Source of the DNA: an uncultured bacterium
GTDB lineage: Bacteria; Chloroflexota; UBA5177; JANWHV01
DNA length: 64,000 nucleotides
Direction: 5' to 3'
NCBI GenBank assembly: GCA_963827235.1
Contig: CAWHAE010000016.1
Span: 1,024,001 to 1,088,000, forward strand
Position numbers and translations under genes: made by a program. The notes under the pieces were generated by a model. That model had not been told where the DNA came from and ran no database searches. It was given only the letters and a program-made list of their open reading frames with translations. Numbering within the stretch: position 1 is the stretch's first letter; each line of letters begins with the position of its first letter. This document shows, in pieces, positions 10,910 to 22,203 of the stretch.

Positions 10910-11506
10910 ATGCAAGACGTCCAGGTTGTGACTGCTGTCGACCAACGATCGCGGCTGGATCAGATACTCCTCGGTAGCACCTGGTTCATGGCTGTGCTCG
11001 CGGCTGTTCGAGCCTGCAATCCGCCAGACTGGTACGTGGGCGGTGGGGTCATTCGGTCAGTCGTGTGGGATAGCCTACACGGGTATGTGAAGCCGACGCC
11101 GCTCGCCGACGTGGACGTAGGGTTCTTCGATCCGGCCGATCTGAACCCCGAGCGCGACAAGAGGGTGGAAGCCGCTCTCAGCGCATTGCGACCCGACGTG
11201 CCCTGGCAGGCCAAGAACCAGGCCGCCGTCCACCTCTGGTACGAGCGCGTGTTCGGCTACGCCGTCGCGGCTCTGCACTCGACCGAAGAAGCCATCGGCA
11301 CGTTCCCGGAGACCGTCACGAGCATTGGCGTGCGCCTGCGGCCGGATGGGGAGCTGGAGGTCGTAGCTCCATGCGGGCTGGACGACCTGCTGCACATGGT
11401 TCTGCGGCGGAACCCCCGGCGGGTGACCGTGGAGCGATTCCGTCAGCGTCTGGCTGAGAAGCAGATCTGCGAGAAATGGCCGCGCGCGCGGGTCATCGAC
11501 GGCTGA
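10910..11506 (+). CDS. Nucleotidyltransferase family protein (DUF925 / NTP_transf_6-like)
   Basis: WYVGGGVIRSVVWD, DVDVGFFD, WQAKNQAAVH, FPET, APCGLDDL, KWP. Confidence 0.85.
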   Translation: MQDVQVVTAVDQRSRLDQILLGSTWFMAVLAAVRACNPPDWYVGGGVIRSVVWDSLHGYVKPTPLADVDVGFFDPADLNPERDKRVEAALSALRPDVPWQAKNQAAVHLWYERVFGYAVAALHSTEEAIGTFPETVTSIGVRLRPDGELEVVAPCGLDDLLHMVLRRNPRRVTVERFRQRLAEKQICEKWPRARVIDG

Positions 11507-11659
11507 GGTTGAGTGCCTAGACAGGCGGACCTGCTGCGCTCAGCGCTGCGATGCGACGAGTGTCTAGGCACGGATGCCACCGACTCACCGCCACTGCAGC
11601 CATGCACCGTGGGGATCGGTCCAAGCCGCCGGCGCGACGTCATTGCTCAGCACGAACTG

Positions 11660-12365
11660 GCCCCAGTGCGCGGCCAGCTCCTCGATGCCAATCTTCCGCC
11701 GCAGCTCTCTAGGTGTGGCAGGCTGGCCCGGGCACGCGGTCGAACATGAACGTCACTGAGGTGATTGCCAATCGGGCCATTCAGCTTGCCGGGGGCACGC
11801 TGGGCACCAAGACGCCGATCCATCCCAACGACGACGTCAACATGTCGCAGTCCTCCAACGACATGCTCCCGACGGCGATGCACATCGCCACGGTGCTGGA
11901 GTTCTCTACCTACCTCGCGCCCGCGTTGAAGCCCTTGCCGAGGCCATGTGGGCCAAGGCCGTGGCATGGGTTGACCTGATCAAGATCGGTCGCACCCACC
12001 GGGAGGACGCCACCCCCCCTGGGACGGGAATGGAGTGGGTACGTCACCCAGCTGCGGGATGCGTTGGAGATGGTGAAAGCATCGCTTACGGGGCTATGCA
12101 AGCTGGCAGCGGGCGGCACGGCGGTGGGCACCGGGATCAACACCCTGCCTGACTTCGGTCCCAAGATCGCGGTAGAGATGGCAGCACTGACCGGTCAGCC
12201 GTTCGTCACGGCGCCCCACAAGTTCGCCGCACAGGGGTCGCTCGACGCCATGGTCAACGCCGGCGCGCGCAGGGCCGCGCTGGCGATGGCGCTGATGAAG
12301 ACCGCCAACGACCTCCGTTGGCTGGGCTCGGGCCCCCGCTGTGGCCTGCACGAGCTGAACCTTCC
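11660..12365 (+). pseudogene. fumC: Class II fumarate hydratase fragment
   Basis: [72 protein letters not shown]; frameshifted and truncated at both ends. Confidence 0.85.
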
Positions 12366-12369
12366 ACCG

Positions 12370-12914
12370 CCCACATCACCGGCAATCTGGTCATCCTTGC
12401 CGCTCACAGCATCCCCGGTGAGAAGGCGAGGCTGGCGTTGTTGCTGGCGGTTCCGGTCTTCATCCTGGTGCCCGCTCTGGCGAGACTGCTGGCGGCCGGC
12501 CTGGGCGCGGTCGGACGCGCCTCGTTGCGGCCGTTCCTGCTGCTGTAATTCGTGCTGCTCGTCGGATTCTGTGCCCTCTGTCTAGCCGCCGGCCCGCGTA
12601 TCCACCCGAGCGCACCCAAAGCACTGCTCGCCGTCGCGGCGATGGCGGTGCAGAACGCGCTGGCGCAGACCGCGCTGCAGGGGGCGCCGAGCACCGCGGT
12701 CATGACCACCAACGTCACGCGGTTCACGATGGACATCGGGGACGTGCTGCTGGGGCGCGACCCGGCCGAGGTAGCCAGGGCGCGCGCCCGAGAGCAGCAC
12801 GCCTGGCCGGCGATCCTCGGCTACACTGCCGCCAGCGACCGCTGGTCCCTAGCGCTGCCCGGCGGCCTTGCCCTGTGCGCCCTGGCGCTGGGCCCGTATG
12901 GCACACACAAGTAG
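12370..12914 (+). pseudogene. DUF1275/YoaK membrane protein fragment
   Basis: AHITGNLVILAAH, AMAVQNAL, STAVMTTNVT; in-frame TAA 12546-12548; no 5' end. Confidence 0.75.
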
Positions 12915-12928
12915 GGGAGACGACACCT

Positions 12929-13105
12929 ATGAGCAGTTCGGTGGCAGACCTTGTCGTCGAAGCGCTTGGGCGTGCCGGTGTGCGGCGGAGCCGCGGCGTC
13001 CCTGGAGACTCCCTCAACGCTATCACCGATCATGTCCGCACCAGGCGTGAGATACAGCGGGCCCATTTGCAGCACGACGAGACGGCCACCATCGCCACCG
13101 GGGTG
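12929..13105 (+). pseudogene. PoxB-like pyruvate dehydrogenase/oxidase N-terminal stub
   Basis: MSSSVADLVVEALGRAGVRR..GVPGDSLNAITD...HDETA, then similarity stops. Confidence 0.65.
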
Positions 13106-13269
13106 AGTGTCGGCGGTAACCCAATGCAGTGGTCACTGAATGTCTATACGGTCGGACTTGGCCGGCTCAGCCGCCTACGGGTTCGGCGATCGCAGTGCCC
13201 AGCGGGATCGCGCGGTCGTAGGCACAAGTTCTGGGAGGGCGAGCTCCGCCACTTGCCAATCCAGCCAGC

Positions 13270-14024
<755 letters not shown>

Positions 14025-14054
14025 ACGCGACAAAGCAAGAAAGGGAAGATCTGT

Positions 14055-15071
14055 ATGCGAGGAGCCATCATTTATGGTGCCGGGGACGTGCGCTATGAGG
14101 ATCGCGCCGACCCGCAGATCGTCGAACCAACTGATGCCGTCGTTCGCACGGTGGCTACGTGCATTTGCGGATCGGACCTCTGGCGCTACCGGGGAATTGA
14201 CCCGGTTCCGCGCCCCACACCCTTCGGCCACGAGTACTGCGGCATCGTGGAGCAGACCGGCAACTCCGTCACCACCCTCAGACCCGGACAGTTCGTGGTC
14301 GGCGGCTTCCTGGCATCGGATGGAACATGTCCCAACTGCCGCTATGGTGTCCACTCCGCTTGTGTGCAGGTGCGCGGCTACGACGGCTGCCAGGCCGAGA
14401 TTATCCGGATCCCGTTCGCCGACGGCACACTGGTGGCGACACGCGAACAGCCGCCGGACGACCTCATTCCGAGCCTCCTGGCGCTCTCCGACGTGATGGC
14501 TACCGGCTGGCACGCCGCGGTCTCGGCGGGAGTCCGCCCGGGCATGACCGTGGCGGTCGTCGGCGACGGTGCAGTAGGGCTGTGCGGCGTGCTGGCCGCG
14601 GCTACTCTGGGTGCCGCGCGCGTGATCGCCATGAGCCGGCACACCTCGCGCCAGCAACTGGCTCGCGCGTTCGGCGCCACGGACATCGTAGCCGAGCGAG
14701 GTGACGCGGGCATTGCCCGCATCCGCGAGATGACCGAGGGCGTGGGCGCCGATGCGGTCCTAGAGTGCGTAGGCACCGGCGAAGCGGAGCTGCAGGCCCT
14801 GCGGGCCACCCGCCCGGGAGGCATGGTGGGCTGGGTCGGCGTCCCACACGACGCGGAGTTCTCCATGCAAGATTCGTTCTGGCGGAATGTAGGCGTGCGC
14901 GGCGGCCCAGCGCCCGTCCGGCACTACTTGCCCGCCCTCATGGAGCGCGTCTGGAACCGCCAGATTGACCCCGGCAAGGTCTTCGATCTGACGCTCCCCC
15001 TCGCGCAGGTAGCTGAGGGCTACCGCGCCATGGATGAGCGCCGAGCCATCAAGGTGCTGCTGCGCCCGTAA
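14055..15071 (+). CDS. Zinc-dependent alcohol dehydrogenase family protein
   Basis: CICGSDL, GHE, GDGAVG, ADAVLECVG, RAIKVLL. Confidence 0.93.
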   Translation: MRGAIIYGAGDVRYEDRADPQIVEPTDAVVRTVATCICGSDLWRYRGIDPVPRPTPFGHEYCGIVEQTGNSVTTLRPGQFVVGGFLASDGTCPNCRYGVHSACVQVRGYDGCQAEIIRIPFADGTLVATREQPPDDLIPSLLALSDVMATGWHAAVSAGVRPGMTVAVVGDGAVGLCGVLAAATLGAARVIAMSRHTSRQQLARAFGATDIVAERGDAGIARIREMTEGVGADAVLECVGTGEAELQALRATRPGGMVGWVGVPHDAEFSMQDSFWRNVGVRGGPAPVRHYLPALMERVWNRQIDPGKVFDLTLPLAQVAEGYRAMDERRAIKVLLRP

Positions 15072-15102
15072 CGCCACGCGTCTCATGCAGGAGATGAGGA
15101 GA

Positions 15103-15307
15103 ATGACAGTGCAGAAGTGCACGCCGGGCACCCTGTAAGTCTCGGCCGTTGGTCGTCGAGCGCTACTGGTGACACGGTCGTAAGACGGAGTCAATCACGG
15201 TCACACCAAGGAGACGGACATTCAGATAATCAGGAATAGCCTCGCGACCACGGCGGGACCGCGCGATGGCCGCGGGCGAGGCGCTCAAGGTCCTTGTTCA
15301 GCCCTGA
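15103..15307 (+). pseudogene. Three adjacent gene stubs: AKR N-terminus, cupin N-terminus, Zn-ADH C-terminus
   Basis: RBS+MTVQKCTPGTL*VSAVG; RBS+IQIIRNSLATTAGPRD; AMAAGEALKVLVQP*. Confidence 0.5.
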
Positions 15308-15316
15308 AACGAGTGA

Positions 15317-16333
<1,017 letters not shown>

Positions 16334-16382
16334 CGGCCGGTACAAGCGTGTAGGCCGCGCCGCCACACAAGGGGGCAATGCC

Positions 16383-16432
16383 ATGAAGTCGGATGTGCTC
16401 GCCATCAGCGGGGCCGGAGGAATCGGGCGAGC
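16383..16432 (+). pseudogene. SDR N-terminal stub
   Basis: AAGGGGG RBS then MKSDVLAISGAGGIGR, abruptly lost. Confidence 0.4.
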
Positions 16433-16461
16433 GACGAGAACGGAGACTGCGAGAACCTGCA

Positions 16462-17265
16462 ATGACCATCACCGAACGAGCACGTGCGACCCATGAAGAG
16501 TTCTTCCCCGGTCACGTGTCGACCCTCCAGGTCACGGATCCCGAGCTGATCGAGTGCTTCGATAACTTCGCCTTCGACGAGGTGCTCAGTCACGGCAATC
16601 TGGACACCAGGACCCGGCTCATGGTGCAGCTGGCGGCGCTGATCGCATGCCAGGCCCTGGGTGAGTACCGGGTCATGCTGGGCGCGGCGCTAGCCGTCGG
16701 CGTCACGCCCGTTGAGATTAAAGAGATCGTCTATCAGGCAGTCCCCTACGTGGGCGCGGGCAAAGTGTTCGAGTTCATCCACACCACCAACGACGCGCTC
16801 ATCGAGCGAGGTGTCGCGCTGCCCATGCCGGGCCAGTCCACGACCACGCCGGAGAACCGCGCCGAGAAGGGTCTGGCAGTCCAGAAGCAGATCGTCGGCA
16901 GCGAGCGCGTCGAGCAGCTCTACGCCTCGGCACCCGTCGATCAGCAGCACATGCAGCGCTACCTGTCGGCAAACTGCTTTGGGGACCATCTCACCCGCAA
17001 GGGCATCGACGTACCCACACGCGAGCTGCTCACCCTGAGCATGCTCGTGGCGCTCGGAGGCTGCGACGCACAGGTCAAGGGCCACGTCGCCGCCAATCTC
17101 CACGTGGGCAATGGCCGAGCGCGGCTCATCGACGTCGTGACCCAGTTGTTGCCCTTCATCGGCTATCCTCGCACGCTCAACGGCCTGCGGGCCATCGACG
17201 AGATCGTCCCAACGAGCCCGGCCGGGAGTGCGACGCACCACGATAACGAGAAGGCGGCGACATGA
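16462..17265 (+). CDS. Carboxymuconolactone decarboxylase family protein (two CMD repeats)
   Basis: FDNFAFDEV...LDTRTR...EIKEIVYQAVPYVG and NCFGD...TRELLTL...LPFIGYPR. Confidence 0.9.
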   Translation: MTITERARATHEEFFPGHVSTLQVTDPELIECFDNFAFDEVLSHGNLDTRTRLMVQLAALIACQALGEYRVMLGAALAVGVTPVEIKEIVYQAVPYVGAGKVFEFIHTTNDALIERGVALPMPGQSTTTPENRAEKGLAVQKQIVGSERVEQLYASAPVDQQHMQRYLSANCFGDHLTRKGIDVPTRELLTLSMLVALGGCDAQVKGHVAANLHVGNGRARLIDVVTQLLPFIGYPRTLNGLRAIDEIVPTSPAGSATHHDNEKAAT

Positions 17266-18071
17266 ACGTCCCCCGCATGACGGTGCTGGTGGTCGGCGCG
17301 ACCGGCAGCATCGGGCGCCTTGTCGTCGAGGAGGCGGTCGGGCAGGGATACGTCGTACGAGCCCTGGTCCGCGATCCTGGCAAAGCGCGGCAGCTTCCGG
17401 CGGCTGCGCAGGTCGTCGTCGGGGACGTCACCCAGCCCGCGTCCCTGGTTGAGGCGGCGAGTGGGATTGACGCCGTGGTGTTCACGCTCGGTTCCGACGG
17501 CGCCGGCAAGATCGGGGCGGAGACCATCGACTACGGCGGGGTGCGGAACGTGCTGGTTGCGCTCGGTGGGCGACGCGTGCGCGTGGCGCTCATGACCGCC
17601 ATCGGCGTCACCGACCGCACCGGCCGGTACAACCGCGCCACCGAGGCGCACGACTGGAAGCGGCGCGCCGAACGGCTCGTGCGAGCCAGCGGGCTGTCCT
17701 ACGCGATCGTCCGCCCCGGCTGGTTCGACTACAACCGGCCGGACCAGCAGCAGCTTGTCCTACTCCAGGGCGACACCCGCCATGCGGGCGACCCCGGCGA
17801 CGGCGTGGTGGCGCGGCGACAGATCGCCGAGGTGCTCGTCCGCAGCCTGGCCTCGGACGCGGCCGACCGCAAGACGTTCGAGCTGGTCGCCGAACGCGGG
17901 CCGGCGCCCAAGGGGCCCGAAGACTTCGACGCGCTGTTTGCCGCGTTGGCGGCGGACCCGCCCGGAGCGCTAGACGCCGTCCGCGACGCGCCGAATATGC
18001 CGTTCGATAAGGAGCCGGAGCGAGTCCGGCAGGATCTCCGGCGGCTCGCGGAACAGGAGACTGGCGGGTAG
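17262..18071 (+). CDS. NAD(P)H-binding atypical SDR
   Basis: VLVVGATGSIG, VRALVRD, DWKRRAERLVRASGL.YAIVRPG; ATGA overlap. Confidence 0.9.
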   Translation: MNVPRMTVLVVGATGSIGRLVVEEAVGQGYVVRALVRDPGKARQLPAAAQVVVGDVTQPASLVEAASGIDAVVFTLGSDGAGKIGAETIDYGGVRNVLVALGGRRVRVALMTAIGVTDRTGRYNRATEAHDWKRRAERLVRASGLSYAIVRPGWFDYNRPDQQQLVLLQGDTRHAGDPGDGVVARRQIAEVLVRSLASDAADRKTFELVAERGPAPKGPEDFDALFAALAADPPGALDAVRDAPNMPFDKEPERVRQDLRRLAEQETGG

Positions 18072-18193
18072 CGCCGGCCGCCACCCAAGGACCCGCTTCC
18101 GGGGCCTTCAGGTACACGGGCCCGCATCGCGGGCCACTACACCAAGGCGAGCCCCGCATCTTGGGGCGCGCAACGCCCACGAAAGGAGTCGAA

Positions 18194-19033
18194 ATGCCAA
18201 GCGTTATTGTCGTCATCGGATCTGGTCAGATCGGTCAAGCCGTTGCGCGGCGGATCGGTGTCGGAAAGCACGTCTTGCTGGCCGACCTGCGGCAGGACAA
18301 CGCCGATGCGGCGGCGGAGGTACTCGGGAACGCAGGATATGACGCGAGCACCGCGACCGTCGACGTCTCCTCGCGTGACGCGGTGCACGCGCTCGTCGAC
18401 AAGGCGACGGGACTCGGCGACGTCACCGGGCTGATCCACGCTGCCGGTGTCTCGCCCACGCAGGCCTCGCCGGCGACGATCCTCAAAGTCGATCTGTACG
18501 GCACGGCGCTCGTGCTGGAAGCGTTCGGCGCCGTTGTCGCTCGGGGTGGGTCCGGCGTCGTCATCTCGTCGCAGTCGGGACATCGCCTCCCCCCGCTCAC
18601 CGTCGAGCAGAACAGGGCGCTGGCCACCACGCCCGTGGAGGAACTGCTCAGTCTGCCCTTCCTGCAGCCCGACCAGGTGACGGATTCTCTCCATGCATAC
18701 CAGCTCTCCAAGCGCGGGAACTCGCTGCGCGTGATGGCCGAGGCGGTGCGCTGGGGCAAGCGTGGCGCGCGGGTGAACACGATCAGCCCGGGCATCGTCA
18801 TGACCCCACTCGCGAAGGACGAGCTCGGCGGCCCGCGCGGGGAAGGGTACCGGCGCATGATCGAGGGGTCGATGGCCGGGCGCGCCGGCACGCCGGACGA
18901 AGTGGGGACGGTCGGCGCGCTGCTCATGGGCCCGGACGGGGGATTCATCACCGGCAGCGACATCCTCATGGACGGCGGGGTGACCGCCGGCTACTGGTAC
19001 GGCGACCTCGCCGAAGTGCGAGGTCAGCAATAG
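18194..19033 (+). CDS. SDR family oxidoreductase
   Basis: AAAGGAG RBS; IHAAGVS, YQLSK, RVNTISPG, FITGSDILMDGG. Confidence 0.92.
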   Translation: MPSVIVVIGSGQIGQAVARRIGVGKHVLLADLRQDNADAAAEVLGNAGYDASTATVDVSSRDAVHALVDKATGLGDVTGLIHAAGVSPTQASPATILKVDLYGTALVLEAFGAVVARGGSGVVISSQSGHRLPPLTVEQNRALATTPVEELLSLPFLQPDQVTDSLHAYQLSKRGNSLRVMAEAVRWGKRGARVNTISPGIVMTPLAKDELGGPRGEGYRRMIEGSMAGRAGTPDEVGTVGALLMGPDGGFITGSDILMDGGVTAGYWYGDLAEVRGQQ

Positions 19034-19079
19034 GCCCCCAGCTGGCCGATCGAGCAACCCGGGCCGGCCCGACCAAGAC

Positions 19080-19251
19080 AGCCGGCTTGGCCCTGTTCTC
19101 GCCTCGCGAACGGTTGGTCCGCCAGTTCCCTGGCGAACACGGCCACGGGCAGGAAGCGTTTGCCGCGGCACGGGATGCCGGCTCTGCGATGCCCTTGGAG
19201 CAGGCCATCTCTGCCGCATCCCACAACCTCCCGGCTGAGAATGATCCCTAA
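19080..19251 (+). pseudogene. C-terminal tail remnant of an ATPase/TPR-type regulator
   Basis: GQEAFAAARDAGSAMPLEQAISAA resembles the 'GEEAFAAAWAAGRAMPLEQAI' tail of such proteins. Confidence 0.5.
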
Positions 19252-19348
19252 ATTATGGTGAGATGCGTCCTCGTCGGCATCATGCGCGTGGCCGTGGCCG
19301 TGGCCGTGGGCAGGGCCTTACTTCTTGATCCGCCTAGAAGGCCGGTCG

Positions 19349-19994
19349 CTACATGGCCAAAGGCACGCGTATGGGCATGTGCTCCAGGTTGGAGTGCTCG
19401 GCAGCGAAGATGATTTTGCGCGTCTTCACCGCGTCCTTAATGTCCGGCATCGGGGTCCGGTCGTGCACGATGCAGTCCACGAAGTGGTCAACCTCGCCTT
19501 GGAACGGGTGGTGCGTGACCTCCGCCGTGTCCGGCATGACGCTGGGCACCTTCGCCCAGCCGGTCTACCGGTCGAGCAAATCTGCATACAAGCGGTTCTG
19601 CACCAGGGTACCCTCGCCCGTACAGACGCACCAGGAAGCTGTACGGGACGTTCCCCTCCACGATGCTGGCCACCGTGCCGGGTTGCCGTCCGCGAAGTGC
19701 AGCAGCAGGACCACCGTGGCGTCGTACTCGCACTCGCCGGTGAAGCTGCCTGCGAAGCACATCACCTCGTCCACCTCACCGGGCATGAACCGGCCCGATG
19801 CATCCGCCGGACACCAACAACGAGCCGCCACACTCCTGCTTGGTTCGTGTCCGGTCATGCCTGGCGTCCCAGTTGGGCCGACTGCCGCTCACGTACCCGG
19901 TCTCTTCGTAGAACGACGTCCCAAGGACATCGTTGCGGATCAGCGACTTGACCGTGTCGAAGAAGGGACTCCAGTGCAGCACCAAGCCCGCCAC
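19349..19994 (-). pseudogene. Gfo/Idh/MocA oxidoreductase C-terminal fragment, frameshifted
   Basis: LVLHWSPFF...LG, GGSLLVSGGC, VDEV, HHPFQGEVDHFVDCIVHDRTP...DAVKT. Confidence 0.65.
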
Positions 19995-20006
19995 GCTCTT
20001 TGGCCC

Positions 20007-21059
20007 TCAGGCAACCGGCCGCCGAGCTGCGACCGATGGCGCCGTGGAGACAGCTTCGACGACGCTGACGCCCGCAGTCGTCGGCGTAGCGCTCACCAGG
20101 TGCAACCCGGCCATGGCGAGCAGGGTTGCGAATTCCTCTCGCGTCCGCTCCCGGCCACCCGGCATCACCAGCATGTGCAGGGCCACGAACTTGGCCGTCG
20201 CGTCCTCATTCGGCCCACCGAGCAGCCGTTCGACCACCAACAAGGTGGCGGCTGGCCCCATAGCCTGCCGGCACACCTGCAGGATCGCCACCGCGTCCCC
20301 ATCCCCCCAGTCGTGGAGCACCGTCTTCAGCACATAGGCGTCGCCACCCGCGGGCACCGCGTCGAAGAAGCTCCCGCCCACCACGCGGCAGCGCTCACGG
20401 ACCAGGTCGAGCGGCTCGAGGCTCCCAGCCACGACATGTGGCTGATCAAAGAGGATGCCCTGTAGCGCCACGTGCCTGGTCAACAGCGCGCCGAGGAAAC
20501 TACCCTGTCCACCGCCCACGTCCACGACGCAGGCAAACTGTGAGAAATCGTACGCGGCCAGCACCGCAGCGGCGATGCGTCGCACATTGCCGGTCATCGC
20601 GCGGTTGAACACGGCGCCGGCCTCAGGGTGGCACTCCCTGTAGGTCCAGACATCCATCCCCTGGACGGCGCTGAAGGCGTTCTCGCCCGTCCGGACACTG
20701 TGGACCAGATGGCCCCACGCCTGCCAGCGGGACGGCTCGCCGATCTGCACGGCCCAGGGTCCGACCGGTTCGCGCGCATCGCTGCGCAGACACTCGCTCA
20801 AGGGGGTAAGGGCGAAGTGACGGTCGGCGTGCTCATCGAACACGCCGACGCTGGCCAGCGCGCGCAGCAGCCGGTACAGCGCCTGCTCCTGCGCACCGGT
20901 CGCTGCCGCCAGTGCCGTGCAGGGCTGCGGCCCGTCTCGCAGCTGATCAGCCAGCCCGAGGACGGCGGCGACGTGGATTGCTTGCGAGATCTGGTAGCCG
21001 TTCACCAGACTCAGCAAGGCCGCAGACGGTAGCTCCGCTGGATGGTCACGATCCATCAT
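20007..21059 (-). CDS. O-methyltransferase (Methyltransf_2 with dimerisation domain)
   Basis: AIHVAAVLGLAD, LYRLLRALAS, VVDVGGGQG, GSFFDAVP.GGDAYVLK.VLHDW, GGRERT. Confidence 0.92.
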   Translation of the reverse strand: MMDRDHPAELPSAALLSLVNGYQISQAIHVAAVLGLADQLRDGPQPCTALAAATGAQEQALYRLLRALASVGVFDEHADRHFALTPLSECLRSDAREPVGPWAVQIGEPSRWQAWGHLVHSVRTGENAFSAVQGMDVWTYRECHPEAGAVFNRAMTGNVRRIAAAVLAAYDFSQFACVVDVGGGQGSFLGALLTRHVALQGILFDQPHVVAGSLEPLDLVRERCRVVGGSFFDAVPAGGDAYVLKTVLHDWGDGDAVAILQVCRQAMGPAATLLVVERLLGGPNEDATAKFVALHMLVMPGGRERTREEFATLLAMAGLHLVSATPTTAGVSVVEAVSTAPSVAARRPVA

Positions 21060-22203
21060 GCTGCTGTGCTTTCGTACCCTGAGCGAGCCAAGCGGTTCCG
21101 TATCGTAGTGTGCCATATGGCGTGGCAAGCCGACTGCTCACCGGCTCACCGGCTCACCGTGAGCGTCAAGCAGGCGGAACCAACGGGAGTCTTGGGTGGC
21201 ACGGCACCATGTTCGCCCCCCGACTCGTGTGCGCCACCATCCAGAAAGGAGCGATGCGCCCCGGCCGCTGACTCGACTGCGGCTTGCTCGCTACTCGGTC
21301 AGCAGGCAGACAGGTCGCTCGCCTGCGCAGTCGCACGTGCATCTGCATGTCGGTCCCCGCGCAGGCAAGAAGCCGGGATGCTGCACCGCGCCAGCCATCC
21401 GTCCGCGATGACGAGGCCGGTATCACGCGCGGACGGCATGAAAGAGCCCTCGGCACTCATGCACATCCAGGGCATCGACACTGCCCGTCGTATATCGTCC
21501 CCATCCGGTCATGCCTCCCGATCTCGGGCCTCGCCGTGACCGAGCAGATACCACACCACTGCGACCAGCAGCAGGATCCAGATCGTGCTTATCGTCCCCT
21601 CCCTACGCCGTCGACGTTCCGTGTGTCGCTACTGATCACTCTGCACGCGGGGCGCGGCACCGGAAATCGAAGGGCCGCGCCTGAGCACGCTACGGCGCCA
21701 GGCAAGGCGGGCTAGCGGGGCATGCTCGACGGCGTGTGCCGGCTGAGTGATTCAGAGTAGCCGCCGGTGCCCATCGGGCTAAAGTGAGGCCACGGTGAAA
21801 CCCGCAGGCGTCGTGCGGTCGTCAGCACACGTTCATGTAGATCCCATCGTGGCTTCGGTATAGAGCGCAGCAACGCCGCACTGTCACAAGGTTGGCGCGA
21901 GACCGGCACCGCTGTCAAGCATAGAAGATCCGTACACCGGATCGGGTGCTCGGCATTACGCACAGCACAGGACCAACTGCATCCCTTACCAGCAGCGCAC
22001 GTCTGCGCGGCGTGTCGCTCGCTGGGGGACGACTTATACGCGAGGCGATCCACGCCCCCAACCCACGCGCTAGGAGTTTCCCCGAGGACTCGCGGTTCAC
22101 ACTCGCCAGCGGAGGCGCCAGGGCGCGGAGCGCTCATCCAGCCCCTTCCTCCCCGGCGATCGTCGCTGGAAAGCACCACTTGACGACGGGAAGTCAGTGC
22201 CGC

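Noticed and set aside
15068-15087. CGTAACG-N5-CGTCTCAT resembling the locus motif
   Set aside because: Overlaps the ADH stop codon and mismatches both halves; probably chance.
19288-19310. GTGGCC tandem repeat
   Set aside because: Short microsatellite in GC-rich DNA with no context.
21135-21165. GCTCACCG x3 repeat
   Set aside because: Too short and no spacers; not CRISPR or iteron-like.
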